This document shows, piece after piece, positions 1 through 11,793 of a DNA stretch of 64,000 bases (within the stretch, counting starts at the first letter, position 1; each line of letters begins with the position of its first letter). The notes under the pieces were generated by a model that saw only the letters and a program-made list of their open reading frames with translations, ran no database searches and was not told the DNA's origin. The stretch is from Malacoraja senta (Eukaryota): contig CM075995.1 of NCBI GenBank assembly GCA_038087875.1, forward strand, positions 11,224,001-11,288,000. The letters run 5' to 3'. A program made the translations under genes and the position numbers.

Positions 1-58
1 GTGCAGCACTCCCTTCCACAGTGCAGTGTTCCCTCTGTAGCACTCCTCCCATAGAGCT

Positions 59-545
59 GGAACATACCCTTTGACCCAACTTGTCCATGCTGACCAAGAT
101 GCCCCATCTAAGCTACCACCTATTTGCCCACGTTCCATATCCCTCTCAAAATTGTATTAGTTTTTACCTCCTCTGGCAGTTCGTTCCATATACCCACCAC
201 CCTGTGTGAAAAAGTTGCCCCTCAGTTTCCTATGAAATCTTTCCCCTCTCACCTTAAAACTAGGCTGTCTAAGTTCATAAGTCTAGTTCCTGATTTCCCC
301 AACCCTGGGTGACTGCAGTCCTTTACCCAATCTACTCCCTTCATGATTTTATACACTTCTGTAAGATCACCTCTCGTCCTCATGATCAGAGGAGTGAAGT
401 CCCAGCCTGCCTAACTTCTCCCTATAACAGGCTCTCGAGTCCTGGCAACATCATTGTCAATCTTTTTTGTACTCTTTCTAGCTTAATGATGTCATTCCTA
501 TAGCAGGATGACCAAAACTGAACATAGTAATCCAAGTGCAGCAAG
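59..545 (-). mobile_element. Degenerate CR1 LINE 3' fragment
   Basis: Resembles the 3' RT end and 3'UTR of CR1 copies elsewhere in the window (caccaccctgtgtgaaaaagttgcccctcag; gaccaaaactg); many indels. Confidence 0.7.
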
Positions 546-884
546 TGCAACATCTTGTGATGGAGGCAGAGATCCTCTCAGCATTGCGGAATTGAGGTGA
601 ACACTCTGGTCGAGGCAGGGGAAGGGAACAGACCAAGTACTGGTCAGTGGGATTAGAGTGGATGGTCAGCAGACACAATAGTGGGCCGAAGGTCCTGCTT
701 CTGTGCTGTTCTGATCTTTGACCACTCCCCTCTCCATGAGCCCATCCCATTCACAGGACAGTTCCATAACCATGGGACAGACAGACAGACAGACTCCAAC
801 CCCACCCAGTGACCTGTGCGGCTGACAGAGAGAAGGCTGTGTGTCTCTCCACCCTGCTTCATACCTCCATCCATCCCTGACCAA

Positions 885-1350
885 ATATTTTCCCTGGAGC
901 GTCGGAGGCTGAGGGAATAGGAGTTTATAAAGTTATGAGAAGCGTGGATAGGGTAGACAGACAAAACTTATGATGGAAATGTCAAAGACTAAAAGGCATA
1001 GCTTTAAGGTGTGACAGGGGGAAGGGGGGGAAGCTAAAAGAGACTTGTGGACCAAATTGTTTTTTATTTACTCAGAGGATGGTGGGTGCCTGGTGGTGGT
1101 GGTGGAGATAGATACGATAGCGGTGTTTAAGAGGCTTTATGCATTCATCCTATCTATTTTGCTTATAATGTTATACTCCTCCAAAATCAGTGGACAGAGA
1201 GGCTTTAAGATAGACACATGGATATGCAGGGAATGGAGGAATATGGGTCACGTGCAGGCAGAGGAGATTAATTTAACTTAATGCAATTTAAGATGATGCA
1301 TGGCACAGGCATCATGACCTGAGGGCCTATTCCTGGCTGTGCTGTATTAT
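885..1350 (+). mobile_element. Degenerate CR1 LINE 3' fragment
   Basis: ctggagcgtcggaggctgaggg (LERRRLR motif) followed by CR1-type 3'UTR. Confidence 0.65.
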
Positions 1351-1365
1351 TCCTACATTTTACTT

Positions 1366-1815
1366 GTGTAGGAAGGAACACCAATGATAGACACAAAATG
1401 CTGTCGTAACTCGGCGGGACAGGCAGCATCTTTGGAGAGAAGGGATGGCTGGTGTTTCAGGTCAAGACCCTTCCTCAGACTGAGCGTCAGGGGAGATGGA
1501 AACTGCAGGTATGGATCGGTAGAAAGAGTGTAGAGCAGGAGGAATCACAGAGGGGGAGCAGCAAGAGAGGGTGTAACAGAACTCTCGTCAGAGAGGAGGA
1601 GAACCTCTTCAAAGTAGGCATACCTAAAGAGCATTTTGTAGTGCACCAGATGAAATGTATAGGAAGGAACCGCAGATGTTGGTTTACACCAAAGATGGTC
1701 ACGAAATGCTGGAGTAACTCAGCAGGACAAGGCAGCATCTCTGGAGAGAAGGAACGGATGGTGTTTCAGGTCAAGTCCCTTCCTCAGACTCAGGGAAACT
1801 GGAGATATGAATGGG
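1366..1815 (-). mobile_element. Two short Penelope-terminal-repeat-derived fragments
   Basis: aaggaa..cagatg..aaaatgctggagtaactcagc..cttcctcagact matches the terminal region of the Penelope copy at 21003-21140. Confidence 0.55.
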
Positions 1816-2242
1816 TACAAAGGGCACAGAGCTTTCCTCCGGCAGCCCACCACCCTCTGCGTGAAAAAGTTGCCCCTCAGCTTCCTATTAAATCTTCCCC
1901 CTCTCACCCTAAAACTAGGCCATCTAAGTTCATAAATTCAGGCCCAGTTCCTGATTCCCTGGGTAAAAGATGCATTTACTCTCCGTACGACCCTCGTAAC
2001 TGTAAACACCTCTTAAAGATCAGTGGATTAAACAGACGTGGATTTGCAGGGAATGGAGGGATACGGATCACGAGCAGGCAGAGATGAGTTTAGCTTGGCA
2101 TCGGGTATGGACAGGTGATGTACTGCTCCTGTCTGACGTAATAGGCCGCAGGCTGGGGACGCTGTCAGTACGGCACCAGCAGTCTCCACTGGACTGTCCC
2201 ACCGGCCCCAGTCTCACCCACAAACGTCCCCGTCGCTCGGAG

Positions 2243-2313
2243 TCACAGGCGGAGCTCGCGGAGATACCAGCGCATCGTCCCCTCCTTAGAGTCCTGCTGA
2301 TTGACGGAGCACC
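2243..2313 (-). CDS. TONSL: TONSL-like gene, last LRR exon (G|CSVNQQDSKEGTMRWYLRELRL*)
   Basis: Acceptor tgtgttgcag at 2314; phase-1 join with exon 3659-3792 gives LDLSG-CSV..LRELRL, like the TONSL C-terminal GCAV..LRELQL; TGA at 2245-2243. Confidence 0.65.
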
Positions 2314-2454
2314 CTGCAACACACACGGCCAGGCTCAGCCCCGTTCCACTCCACCCCTGCCCCTTTTCCCCACTCCCCTCTGCCCAACCCGCCTCTGATC
2401 CCTGATCTCGGGTGACCACTTGGGCTATCCCGGGGCCGACTAAAGCAACAGCCG

Positions 2455-2600
2455 TGGCCTGCGGGACATCGACGGAGACGCAGCGGGTAGTGCAGCTGCG
2501 GAGACCCCGGGTTTGATCCCAACCTCTGGCGCTCTATGTGTGGAGTTTGCACCTTCTCCCTGCACCCCCCCCCCCCTGGATTTCCCCCAGGAGCTTCAGA
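2455..2600 (+). mobile_element. V-SINE (HE1-like) 5' fragment
   Basis: gaccccgggtttgatccc B-box-like motif then tgtgtggagtttgcaccttctccctg V-domain motif. Confidence 0.55.
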
Positions 2601-2689
2601 TCCCCTCCACGTCACAACGACACAGCGGCCGGCAGCAACACAATCAGCCGCTGAGAATGACTCCTCTCCCCATTCACTCAGTTACCCTC

Positions 2690-3625
2690 TCCACTCACAC
2701 CCCTCTCCCCCCACACCCCCTCTCCCCACACACCCCCTCTCCCCCCACACCCCTCTCCCCACACACCCCCTCTCCCCACACACACCCCTCTCCCCACACA
2801 TCCCCTCCTCCCCACACACCCCCTCTCCCCCACACCTCTCCCCCCACACCCCCTCTCCCCCCACACCCCCTCTCCCCCCACACCCCCTCTCCCCACACAC
2901 CCCTCTCCCCACACATCCCCTCTCCCCACACATCCCCTCTCCCCCCACACCCCCTCTCCCCACACACCCCCTCTCCCCACACATCCCCTCTCCCCACACA
3001 CCCCCTCTCCCCACACATCCCCTCTCCCCCCACACCCCCTCTCCCCCCACACCCCCTCTCCCCACACCCCCTCCCCCCACACCCCCTCTCCCCCCACACC
3101 CCCTCTCCCCACACATCCCCTCTCCCCCCACACCCCCTCTCCCCCCACACCCCCTCTCCCCCCACACCCCCTCTCCCCACACCCCCTCCCCCCACACATC
3201 CCCTCTCCCCCCATAACCCCTCTCCCCCCACACCCCCTCTCCCCACACCCCCTCTCCCCACACATCCCCTCCCCCATATCCCCTCTCCCCCCATATCCCC
3301 TCTCCCCCCACACCCCCTCTCCCCCCACACCCCCTTCCGCCCACACTCCCTCTCCCCACATCCCCTCTCCACTCACACCCCTCTCCCCCCACACCCCCTC
3401 TCCCCACACTCCCCACACCCCCTCTCCCCACACATCCCCTCTCCCCACACCCTCTCCCCCCCATACCCCCTCTCCCCCCACACCCCCTTCCGCCCACACT
3501 CCCTCTCCACACACCCCCTCTCCCCCCACACCCCCTCTCCCCCCACACCCCCTCCCCCCACACCCCTCTCCCCCCACACCCCCTTCCCCCCACACTCCCT
3601 CCTTCCACACCCCCTCTCCCCACAT
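2690..3625. repeat. C-rich minisatellite (~17-18 bp, ccccctctccccacaca)
   Basis: Directly visible tandem array; G-runs on the minus strand. Confidence 0.95.
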
Positions 3626-3658
3626 CCAGGTCCCCCTAACCTCCACCAGCTGGCTCAC

Positions 3659-3792
3659 CTGACAGATCCAGGACTTGCAGGCAGGAATCCCGCTTCTCCA
3701 AAGCCTCCAGGAGCAGCTGCAGTCCCGGCGAGGCGATGCCGGGATTTTGGGAAAGGTCCAGGAAAGCCAGAGATGAGAGGGAGGGGATGCAG
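3659..3792 (-). CDS. TONSL: TONSL-like gene, LRR exon (CIPSLSSLAFLDLSQNPGIASPGLQLLLEALEKRDSCLQVLDLSG)
   Basis: Pyrimidine tract plus AAG acceptor at 3793, donor GTGAGC at 3658; peptide resembles the TONSL final LRRs (LDLSANP..LLSTLQKR..L.LSG). Confidence 0.8.
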
Positions 3793-3894
3793 CTTGAGGG
3801 GGGGGAGAGGGCAACACCATCAGGCCGATCCAACCCGCCCTTGGTCACCTCCCAAATTTACCCGTCACCGAAAACATCCCAACACAGCCAGAGA

Positions 3895-3981
3895 AGGGGG
3901 GGGGGGGGGGTGGGAGAGAGGGAGAGAGAGGGAGAAGGGGGTGGGTGGGAGAGCGAGACAGAGAAAGAGATAGACAGAGAA

Positions 3982-4014
<33 letters not shown>

Positions 4015-4033
4015 TTGAGACACACACACACAG
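3895..4033. repeat. G-run, (GA)n and (CA)n microsatellites at contig end
   Basis: Directly visible. Confidence 0.9.
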
Positions 4034-4233
4034 NNNNNNNNNNNNNNNNNNNNNNNNNNNNNNNNNNNNNNNNNNNNNNNNNNNNNNNNNNNNNNNNNNN
4101 NNNNNNNNNNNNNNNNNNNNNNNNNNNNNNNNNNNNNNNNNNNNNNNNNNNNNNNNNNNNNNNNNNNNNNNNNNNNNNNNNNNNNNNNNNNNNNNNNNNN
4201 NNNNNNNNNNNNNNNNNNNNNNNNNNNNNNNNN
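4034..4233. other. Assembly gap (200 N, true size probably unknown)
   Basis: Run of exactly 200 N. Confidence 0.99.
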
Positions 4234-4946
4234 GAGTGCAGCAAGGCTCGGTACTGGGGCCGTAACTATTTACAATATATATTAATGATTTAGACGATGG
4301 GATTAAAAGTAACACTAGCAAATTTGCTGATGACACAAAGCTGGGCGGCAGTGTGAACAGCAAAGAGGATGCTGGGAGGTTGCAGGGTGACTTGGACAGG
4401 TTGAGTGAGTGGGCAGATGCAGTATAATGTACAGTAGATAAATGTGAGGTTATCCAATTTGTTGGACTTCATAACAAGAAGATTTGTGTACAGGAGGTTA
4501 ATCCTCGGGATGGCGGACTGTCATACCAGGAAAGAGTGGGCTTGTATTCATTGGAATTTAGAAGGATGAGAGGGTATCATATAGAAACGTATACAATTAT
4601 AAAAGGACTGGACAAGCTGGATGCTGGAAAAATGTTCCCAATGATGGGGGAATCCAGAACCAGGGGCCACAGTCAAAGAATAAAAGGGAGGCCATTTAAA
4701 ACTGAGACAAGAAAAAAAGTTTTCACCCAGAGAATAGTGAATTTGTGGAATTCTCTGCCAAAGAAGGCAGTGGAGGCCAATTTACTGGATGAATTAAAAA
4801 TATTTAGTTAGAACTCTAGGGGCTAGCAGAATCAAGGGATATGGGGAGAAGGCAGGCACGGGTTACTGATTGTGGATGATCAGCCATTATCACAATGAAT
4901 GGCGGTGCTGGCTCGAAGGGCCAAATGGCCTCCTTATTTTCTACGT
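4234..4946 (+). mobile_element. CR1 LINE 3' part, internally deleted; tail resumes after the solo LTR (5807-5818)
   Basis: QGSVLGP, KFADDTKL and FTQRIVNLWNSLP motifs; CR1 3'UTR. Confidence 0.9.
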
Positions 4947-5806
4947 TGATGAAGCCGAATAAAGTTATAAAAATAAGAAGAAATTAAAATAGGTTTCTGG
5001 GCTAGCTTACAGCTTATATTTAGTGTCAAATTAGGCTTGCCTCAGGTTGCAGTGTGTGGGATAATAAGTACCATAACATTGTCTCCCAAGTGAGGAAGTG
5101 ATGAGAGAGAAACAGCTAGTCACATCTTTGAAGTAAGATACCGTAAACCAAATGACCAATGTTTATGGGGGAGGAGGCAATAAAGGAAGAGAGAAACAGC
5201 TAGTCACATCTTTGAAGTAAGATGCTGTAAACCAAATGACCAATGTTTATGGGGGAGGAGGCAATAAAGGAAGAGAGAAACAGCTAGTCACATCTTTGAA
5301 GTAAGATGCCGTAAACCAAATGACCAATGTTTAGGAGGGGCGAAGTGATGAGAGAGGATCCAGGGAAGTGGAAAGATAAGATGCCATAAAACAAATGGCC
5401 TATGTTTATGAAGGACCAAGTGACAGAGAGGAAACAGCGAAAGAGCTAGGGTGATCTCTTTGAAGATAAAATGACCTAAAACAAATGGCCAATGTTTTAG
5501 TATATCATAACCTGTAAACAAAAGGCCTTTGATGTGATGCCTTTTCCTGTACCTCTGACCATGACTAATGTCTGTGGAATGTGCTAATGTGACAAAGAAA
5601 CACTATATAATGCGATGTAATTCTGTTGTTCAGAGAAGGGGACCGAGGACAGTCGAGTGTCTACATTGGTCACTTAGCTGGAATTCTCGCTCCCTTCCAT
5701 CGGCCGATGTTAAGTAAAGTTTTGAACTGGTCTACCAAACAGTTTGTGTGGTGTCTGTTTATTGAGAAGCGAACCTGGTTTAGTAGTTATAAAAGTAACT
5801 TTTTCA
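4947..5806 (+). mobile_element. Solo LTR (860 bp) of a class I-type ERV
   Basis: TG..CA ends, 4-bp TSD ACGT (4943-4946 / 5807-5810), 84-bp tandem repeats (cagctagt at 5113, 5197, 5281), TATATAA near 5604, AGTAAA near 5713. Confidence 0.85.
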
Positions 5807-5866
5807 ACGTTTCTATGACCTGTGGTTTGTAAACTGCCAATATAGGCAGTCTTTGAATGTGATACT

Positions 5867-5872
5867 TTTATT
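5867..5872 (-). terminator. Candidate polyadenylation signal for a short TONSL-like transcript
   Basis: AATAAA on minus strand in AT-rich sequence 1.5 kb after the stop at 7348. Confidence 0.3.
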
Positions 5873-6321
5873 CAAGAAAACAAACAAACATACATAGTAT
5901 GTTGTATATAAAAATATATATTAAAAAATTAAATTAAAAAAGGGTCAGACAGGAGTGCAGCTGTTCTGATGGCTTTTCGGAAGGGACCGTTTTGGAAGGG
6001 GGACAAATGTGGGGAGACTTTGGAGCACTGATCATCATTGGAATCATAATTTAGAGGCTTTCTTTCAAAAAAGATTTCTTCAATTTGTGATGAATTTGAC
6101 TCTCTTTGAGAGTCGTATGAGCAGCAGGTATGGCAGAATGTACACTTGAAAACAGGGGAGCTGAGATTTAGATCGATGTTGCAGTTGTTTACATCGAATA
6201 CCTCCCTCCCATCCCGATTGACTTAGCTGAAGTCTGCTTTGTAAAGAGGGAACATGGGCATGGACATTCCTTGTTCATCTGGTGAACACTACTTTTGCTT
6301 TGCTTTCAGTTTCGTTTATTT

Positions 6322-7035
6322 TGTTTAGAGATACAGCGTGGAAACAGGCCCTTCGGCCCATCGAGACCAGTGATCTCCGCATACTAACACTAATCTACAC
6401 ACACTGGGGACAATTTACAATTATAACCAAGCCAATTACCCTACAAAATCGCTAGAATTTAGGAGATTGAGAGGGGATCTTATAGAAACGTACAAAATTC
6501 TTATGGGGTTGGACAGGCTAGATGCAGGAAGATTGTTCCCGATGTTGGGGAAGTCCAGGACAAGGGTTACAGCTTAAAGATAAGGGGGAAATCCTTTAAG
6601 ACCGAGATGAGGAAAAACTTTTTCACACAGAGAGTGGTGAATCTCTGGAACTCTCTGCCACAGAGGGTAGTTGAGGCCAGTTCATTGGCTATATTTAAGA
6701 GGGAGTTAGATGTGGCCCTTGTGGCTAAGGGGATCAGGGGGTATGGAGAGAAGGCCGGTACGGGATACTGAGTTGGATGATCAGCCATGATCATATTGAA
6801 TGGCGGTGCAGGCTCGAAGGGCCGAATGGCCTACTCCTGCACCTATTTTCTATGTATCTATGTATCTAAAATGTCTTTGGCATGTGTTGAGGAAACTGAA
6901 GATCTCGGAGAAAACCCACGCGGTCACAGGGAGAACGTACAAAGTCCGTACATTCAGCACCCATAGTCAAAATAGAACCCGAGTCTCCGGTGCTGTAAGG
7001 CATCAACTCTACCGTTGCACCACCATGCCGCCCTG
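6322..7035 (-). mobile_element. V-SINE (HE1-like) split by a plus-strand CR1 3' fragment (about 6446-6868)
   Basis: Both halves match the intact SINE at 17935-18243; the insert ends in a (ctatgtat)n tail. Confidence 0.85.
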
Positions 7036-7347
7036 TTGGACACCGTCCATATTTTCTGGACACTCCTTAATTTGACCATTCATTCAATGTTGAAATGCAC
7101 TGTTTACAGCAGCAACAGCAGTCAGATTTTGATTTATTAAGTACCGGCAGTGGCTATAGGGGAACTGCTCAAATTTTGGCTGCATTCCAGCCTGACACTT
7201 CTGAATGTTTACAAATTGAGTTATGATCTTTCCAGTACTTGGAACATTGATTGGTTTAAACTGGGATTGCGTTATTTACAGTAACAGCGTTAAGATTTTG
7301 GATTTTAACAATTTGAAAAGCTTTGTTGAGTCATTTTTGATACTTGA

Positions 7348-7500
7348 TCACCCAGAACAGAGGGGGGAGGGTTGGTTGCTGGTGGGATCTCCCTGTTGCT
7401 TTACAGGTCCATTCACAGGTCCAGGCAGCGGGCAGTCGAGGGTCCTGCCCAAGCCGACTGCCTGTCCCTCTTGCGGATCTAATTCCATGCCCGCGGGTCC
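7348..7500 (-). CDS. Candidate terminal exon of short TONSL-like isoform (GPAGMELDPQEG..SPLCSG*)
   Basis: Acceptor tgtgttccctctccag at 7501, phase 0 matching exon 8358-8521, 50 open codons then TGA; no recognisable homology. Confidence 0.35.
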   Translation of the reverse strand, partial: GPAGMELDPQEGQAVGLGRTLDCPLPGPVNGPVKQQGDPTSNQPSPLCSG

Positions 7501-7708
7501 CTGGAGAGGGAACACATGGTGCCCACAGGGACTCCAGAGGCCTTCTGTGAACACTACTTGGTACATCCTGCCTACAGATGATTCTTCTTCTTATCGAGTC
7601 CACACACAAGATTAGAAGTTGTTCAGCCAGAGCTGAACACACTTCTCGGCATCTACATACAATGGTGCCTGTCTTGTGCTTCCTCTGCGTGGTGGTGGAA
7701 AGATTGGT

Positions 7709-8057
7709 GAAACATAGAAAATAGGTGCAGGAGGAAGCCATTCGGCCCTTCGAGCCAGCACGCCATTCATTGTGCTCATGGCTGATCGGCCCCAATCAAT
7801 AACCCGTGCCTGCCTTCTCCCCATATCCCTTGACTCCACTAGCCCCTAGAGCTCTATCTAACTCTCTCATAAATCCATCCAGTGATTTGGCCTCCACTGC
7901 CCTCTGTGGCAGGGAATCCCACAAATTCACACCCTCTCTGGGTGAAAAACTTTTTTCTCACCTTTTTCTCACCCCTTTATTCTAAGACTGTGGCCCCTGG
8001 TTCTGGACTTGCCAACATTGGGAACATTATTCCTGCATCTAGCTTGTCCAGTCCTTT
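7709..8057 (-). mobile_element. CR1 LINE 3' fragment
   Basis: aaacatagaaaataggtgcagg tail and C-terminal RT sequence. Confidence 0.9.
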
Positions 8058-8357
8058 TATGAAAACAGGGCCGCGACATGAACGCTCTTTCCTTGATACC
8101 ATTGTCATTTGATAATTGATTTAAGTTTGTAAACTGCTCTTTGGCAGTATTGATCCTTCCAGTACGTACTGTTATTATGAAGTAAAGTAAAATAAAGTCT
8201 CTTTCTACATTAAAAAAAAGGTTCAGACACAGTGAAGCTCCCTCTACACCCTCCCATCACACTCCTGCGGGTCAGACAGAGTGGCGCTCCCTCCAGCCAC
8301 TCCTTGATGCCTGTGTGGTGGTTTTGGTTAGCGGGGTGCATCACCGCGGGTACTGAC

Positions 8358-8521
8358 CTCACTGTCCCGGGCTGTGAGGCTGGCGCCATTGTCGATGAGC
8401 AGTTGTGCGACACTCAGACATCCGTTGGCGAGGGCATCGTGTAGAACCGTGGTGCCCCCGCACTGACTGTCCTCCTCGTTGTTGGGTGACACTCCCTTGT
8501 TCAGCAGCAAGCTGACGATCT
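8358..8521 (-). CDS. TONSL: TONSL-like ankyrin exon, 164 bp (EIVSLLLNKG..QCGGTTVLHDALANGCLSVAQLLIDNGASLTARDSE)
   Basis: Acceptor ggttacag at 8522, donor GTCAGT at 8357; phase 1 to 0; TONSL-type CxGxTxLHDAL repeat. Confidence 0.9.
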
Positions 8522-8689
8522 CTGTAACCAGAACTCCGTTACTGTCACCACCTCCCGCACGCAGCAACAGGGCCTTCTGCCCATCCAACCCCTCGCTCCC
8601 ATCTCCAGCCCTGTGAACGACAATCCCACCCTTTGCTGAAACCCTGGAGTGACCCTGCTTCCGACTGCCCCATGTGTGGGAGGGGCAAC

Positions 8690-9900
8690 GGTTCAAGGAG
8701 ATGTGCGAGGCATTACACAGAGGGTGGTGGGTGCCTGGAACATGCTGCTACGGCTGGCGGTGGGGAAGATACAACAGTGATGATTACAAGGGCTTTAGAT
8801 AGGCACGTGCATATGCAGGGAATGGAGGGATTTGGATCACGTGCAGGCAGAGGAGGTTAGTTTAACTTGGCATCGTGTTCAACACTGACATTGTGGATTA
8901 AGGGCCAGTTCTGCACTGTACTGTTCTCTTATCTGCCTCCACCACCACTCATGGCAGCTCATTCCAGGCATCCACCACACATTATGTAAACAAAAAGTGC
9001 TCCACCTACTCCCTTTAAATCTCCGCCACCTCCAGTTTAAATTCCATTTGGAATATTTTTGGAGCACGACCACGAACCAAGAACCCTTTCACTCTAAAAT
9101 GATGCCCTTTAGTACTTGGCATTTCCACCCGGGCAAAAAGTTCTGACTGTCTACCCTATCGCTGCATCTCACAACGTTACAAACCTCGATCAGGTCACCT
9201 CTCAACTTCTGACGTTCCAGAGAAAACAATCCAAGTCTGTCCAACAAATTCACAACTCTCAGTGTGAAAACGTTTTTTCTAAAAACTGAGATGAGAAAAA
9301 ACCTTTTCACCCAGAGAGTTGTGAATTTGTGGAATTTTCTGCCACAGAAGGCAGTGGAGGCCAAATCACTGGATGCATTTAAGAGAGAGTTAGATAGAGC
9401 TCTGGGGGCTAGTGGAGTCAAGGGATATGGGGAGAAGGCAGGTACGGGTTACCGATTGTGGATGATCAGCCATGATCACAATGAATGGAGGTGCTGGCTC
9501 GAAGAGCCGAATGGCCTCCTCCTGCACGTATTTTCTATGTTTCAACAACTCTCTGTAGTTAATACCCCTCTTCCAAACAACACTCTGGTAAACCATCTCT
9601 GCACCCTATCCAAAGCACCCACATCCTTCCTGTAATGGGGCGACCAGAACTGCATGCATTACACAAAATGCAGTTTAAAGTCTTTTAAAGCTGCATCATA
9701 GCTTCCTGACTCTTATAGTCAATGCCCGACTGATGAAGGCAAGCAGACTTTACGCCGTTTGTACCACTCTATCTGCTTGCATTGCCACTTTCAGGGAGCT
9801 GTGAATGTGGAGCCCAAGATCCCTCTGTACATCAATGCTGTTAAGGGCCCTGCTCGGCTTAAACTGCATCTGTCATTTCTCTGCCCATGCCTGCATCCGC
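8690..9900. mobile_element. Cluster of CR1 fragments on both strands
   Basis: CR1 3' motifs; younger plus-strand piece at about 9277-9543 inside an older minus-strand copy. Confidence 0.75.
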
Positions 9901-9960
9901 TCTGAACCCAGCTGTACACCTTGACAGTCTTCCCCACAGATAAGTGGGAAGGGCACTCAC

Positions 9961-10033
9961 CCAGCCAGCCGTGGTTACAAGCCTCATGGAGGGGGGTCCA
10001 GCCCGCATTTTCTCGCTCACACAGAGGGTGACC
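9961..10033 (-). CDS. TONSL: TONSL-like ankyrin exon, 73 bp (GHPLCERENAGWTPLHEACNHGWL)
   Basis: Acceptor cctcccccag at 10034, donor GTGAGT at 9960; GWTPLHEACN ankyrin motif. Confidence 0.92.
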
Positions 10034-11120
10034 CTGGGGGAGGGGGGGGGGGGGCAACAAGTCAGCTCACAGCATCTGTACATGACGCCCGACCCCCCCC
10101 ATACCCCTCCCCACACTCACTCCCCCAAACCACTCCCACCCATGCCCACACCCACCCCTTCCACCATAACCGTCCCCACTCACCCTCCCTTGTGAGGGAG
10201 GTGCCCTGTGAGAAAAGTGTGAGTGTTTGGCTCGAGAGCCTTCGGCGAGGAGAGGAGGCTACGCAAAACGCTGGAGAGGGAGAGACGAAAGAAGGAGATG
10301 TCAGGCAAGCTGATTCAGTGCGACGCTTGCAGTATGTGGGAGGTCAAGGACACTGCTGGTGCCTCTGGCTGCTACTTATGTTAGAAGTGCATCCAGGTAC
10401 AGCTCCTGAAGGACCGTGTTGGGGAACTGGAGAAGCAAGTGGATGACCTCAGGTTCGTCCGAGAAACTGAGTCGTTCCTCGACAAGTCCTACAGGTACTG
10501 GAAGAGGGAAGGTGGGTGACGGTGAGAAAGGGAGGGAAACATGGAATGCAAACGTCCCTGTCTTGTGAACAGGTTCACCCACCTAGAAGCTGTCGGGACA
10601 GAAGACAGCTGAGCGGCGGACTGGCTTGCGAAGCAAAAAGGGCTGTTGAGCCAAAACCAAAGAGGCTAACGTCAGGCAACGCCATTGTGGTTGGAGATCC
10701 ATTGTGAGAGGTACGGACAGGGGTTTCTGCGGCAACAGACGGGATTCGAGGATGGTGTGCTGCCTTCCTGGTGCCAGGATCCAGGATGTCACGGACAGAG
10801 TGCAGAAAATCCTCAAGAGCGAAGGTGAACAGCCGGAAGTGGTAGTGCATGTCGGCACAAATGATGTCGGAAAGAAGGGGATGAATATTCTGCAGCGTGC
10901 CTTTAGAGAGCTCGGAAAAATGCTGGAAAGCAGGACCTCCAGGGCTGTTATCTCCAGTTTGCTTCCAGTTCCTCGTGCTGGCGAGAGCAGGAACAGGGAG
11001 ATACGGAACCTGAATGTGTGGCTGAGGAACTGGTGCAGGGGGCAGGGATTTAGATTCTTAGATCACTGGGATCTGTTTTGGAGTAAGGGGGAACTGTACA
11101 AAAGGGACGGATTGCATCTT

Positions 11121-11327
11121 ATTATTATTAATTTATTTTTATTGGAAGCAATTGTACAAGGATAAATCGCTCGGCATCTACCATTATACAATTATTGTAC
11201 AGCTTCATTTTTTTCTTCAAATTTTATCATAACGAACACACAATAGACAGAAAACAAAAAACACCAATTAAAGAAACAAAAACAATAAATAAATAAATAA
11301 ATAAATAAATACATAAGATTTTTTTTT
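11121..11327 (-). mobile_element. Short LINE-like 3' end inserted in CR1 ORF1
   Basis: Interrupts GLHL-NRWGT; minus-strand AATAAA and (TAA)n tail. Confidence 0.5.
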
Positions 11328-11793
11328 AAAGGTGGGGGACCAGCATTCTGGCAGGCAGGTTTGCCACTGCTACACGGGTGGTTTTAAACTGAATAAGGTG
11401 GGGTGGGGTGTCAAATGGGATAGTCGAGGATGGAGTTAAAGGGAAAGAGAGTAAAGGGATAGTTAATGACCCCAGAATTAACGGGAAAGGAAGCTCACAA
11501 AGGGATAAGAGTATATGGCCAAGTGTAATAGGGATCGATGTGAAAGGTGAGATGCGTAAGGAATTAAAAGTATTATATATGAATGTGCGAAGTATAAGAA
11601 GTAAAGTAGATGATCTTGAGGCTCAGTTAGAGGTTGGTAGATAAGACATTGTGGGGATTACTGAGACGTGGCTGCAGGAGGATCGGGCCTGGGAACTTAA
11701 TATTCAGGGTTATACATCCTATAGAAAGGACAGGCTGCTGGTGAGGGATGGAATTCAGTCCCTTGTGAGGGAAGACATAGGGACTGACGAGGT

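Noticed and set aside
2513..3973. Long Pro/His- and Gly-rich ORFs (up to 486 aa)
   Set aside because: Artefacts of the stop-free minisatellite; open in most frames.
8060..8220. Plus-strand AATAAA followed by A8 as a retrocopy end
   Set aside because: No recognisable ORF or TSD upstream; the A-run is short.
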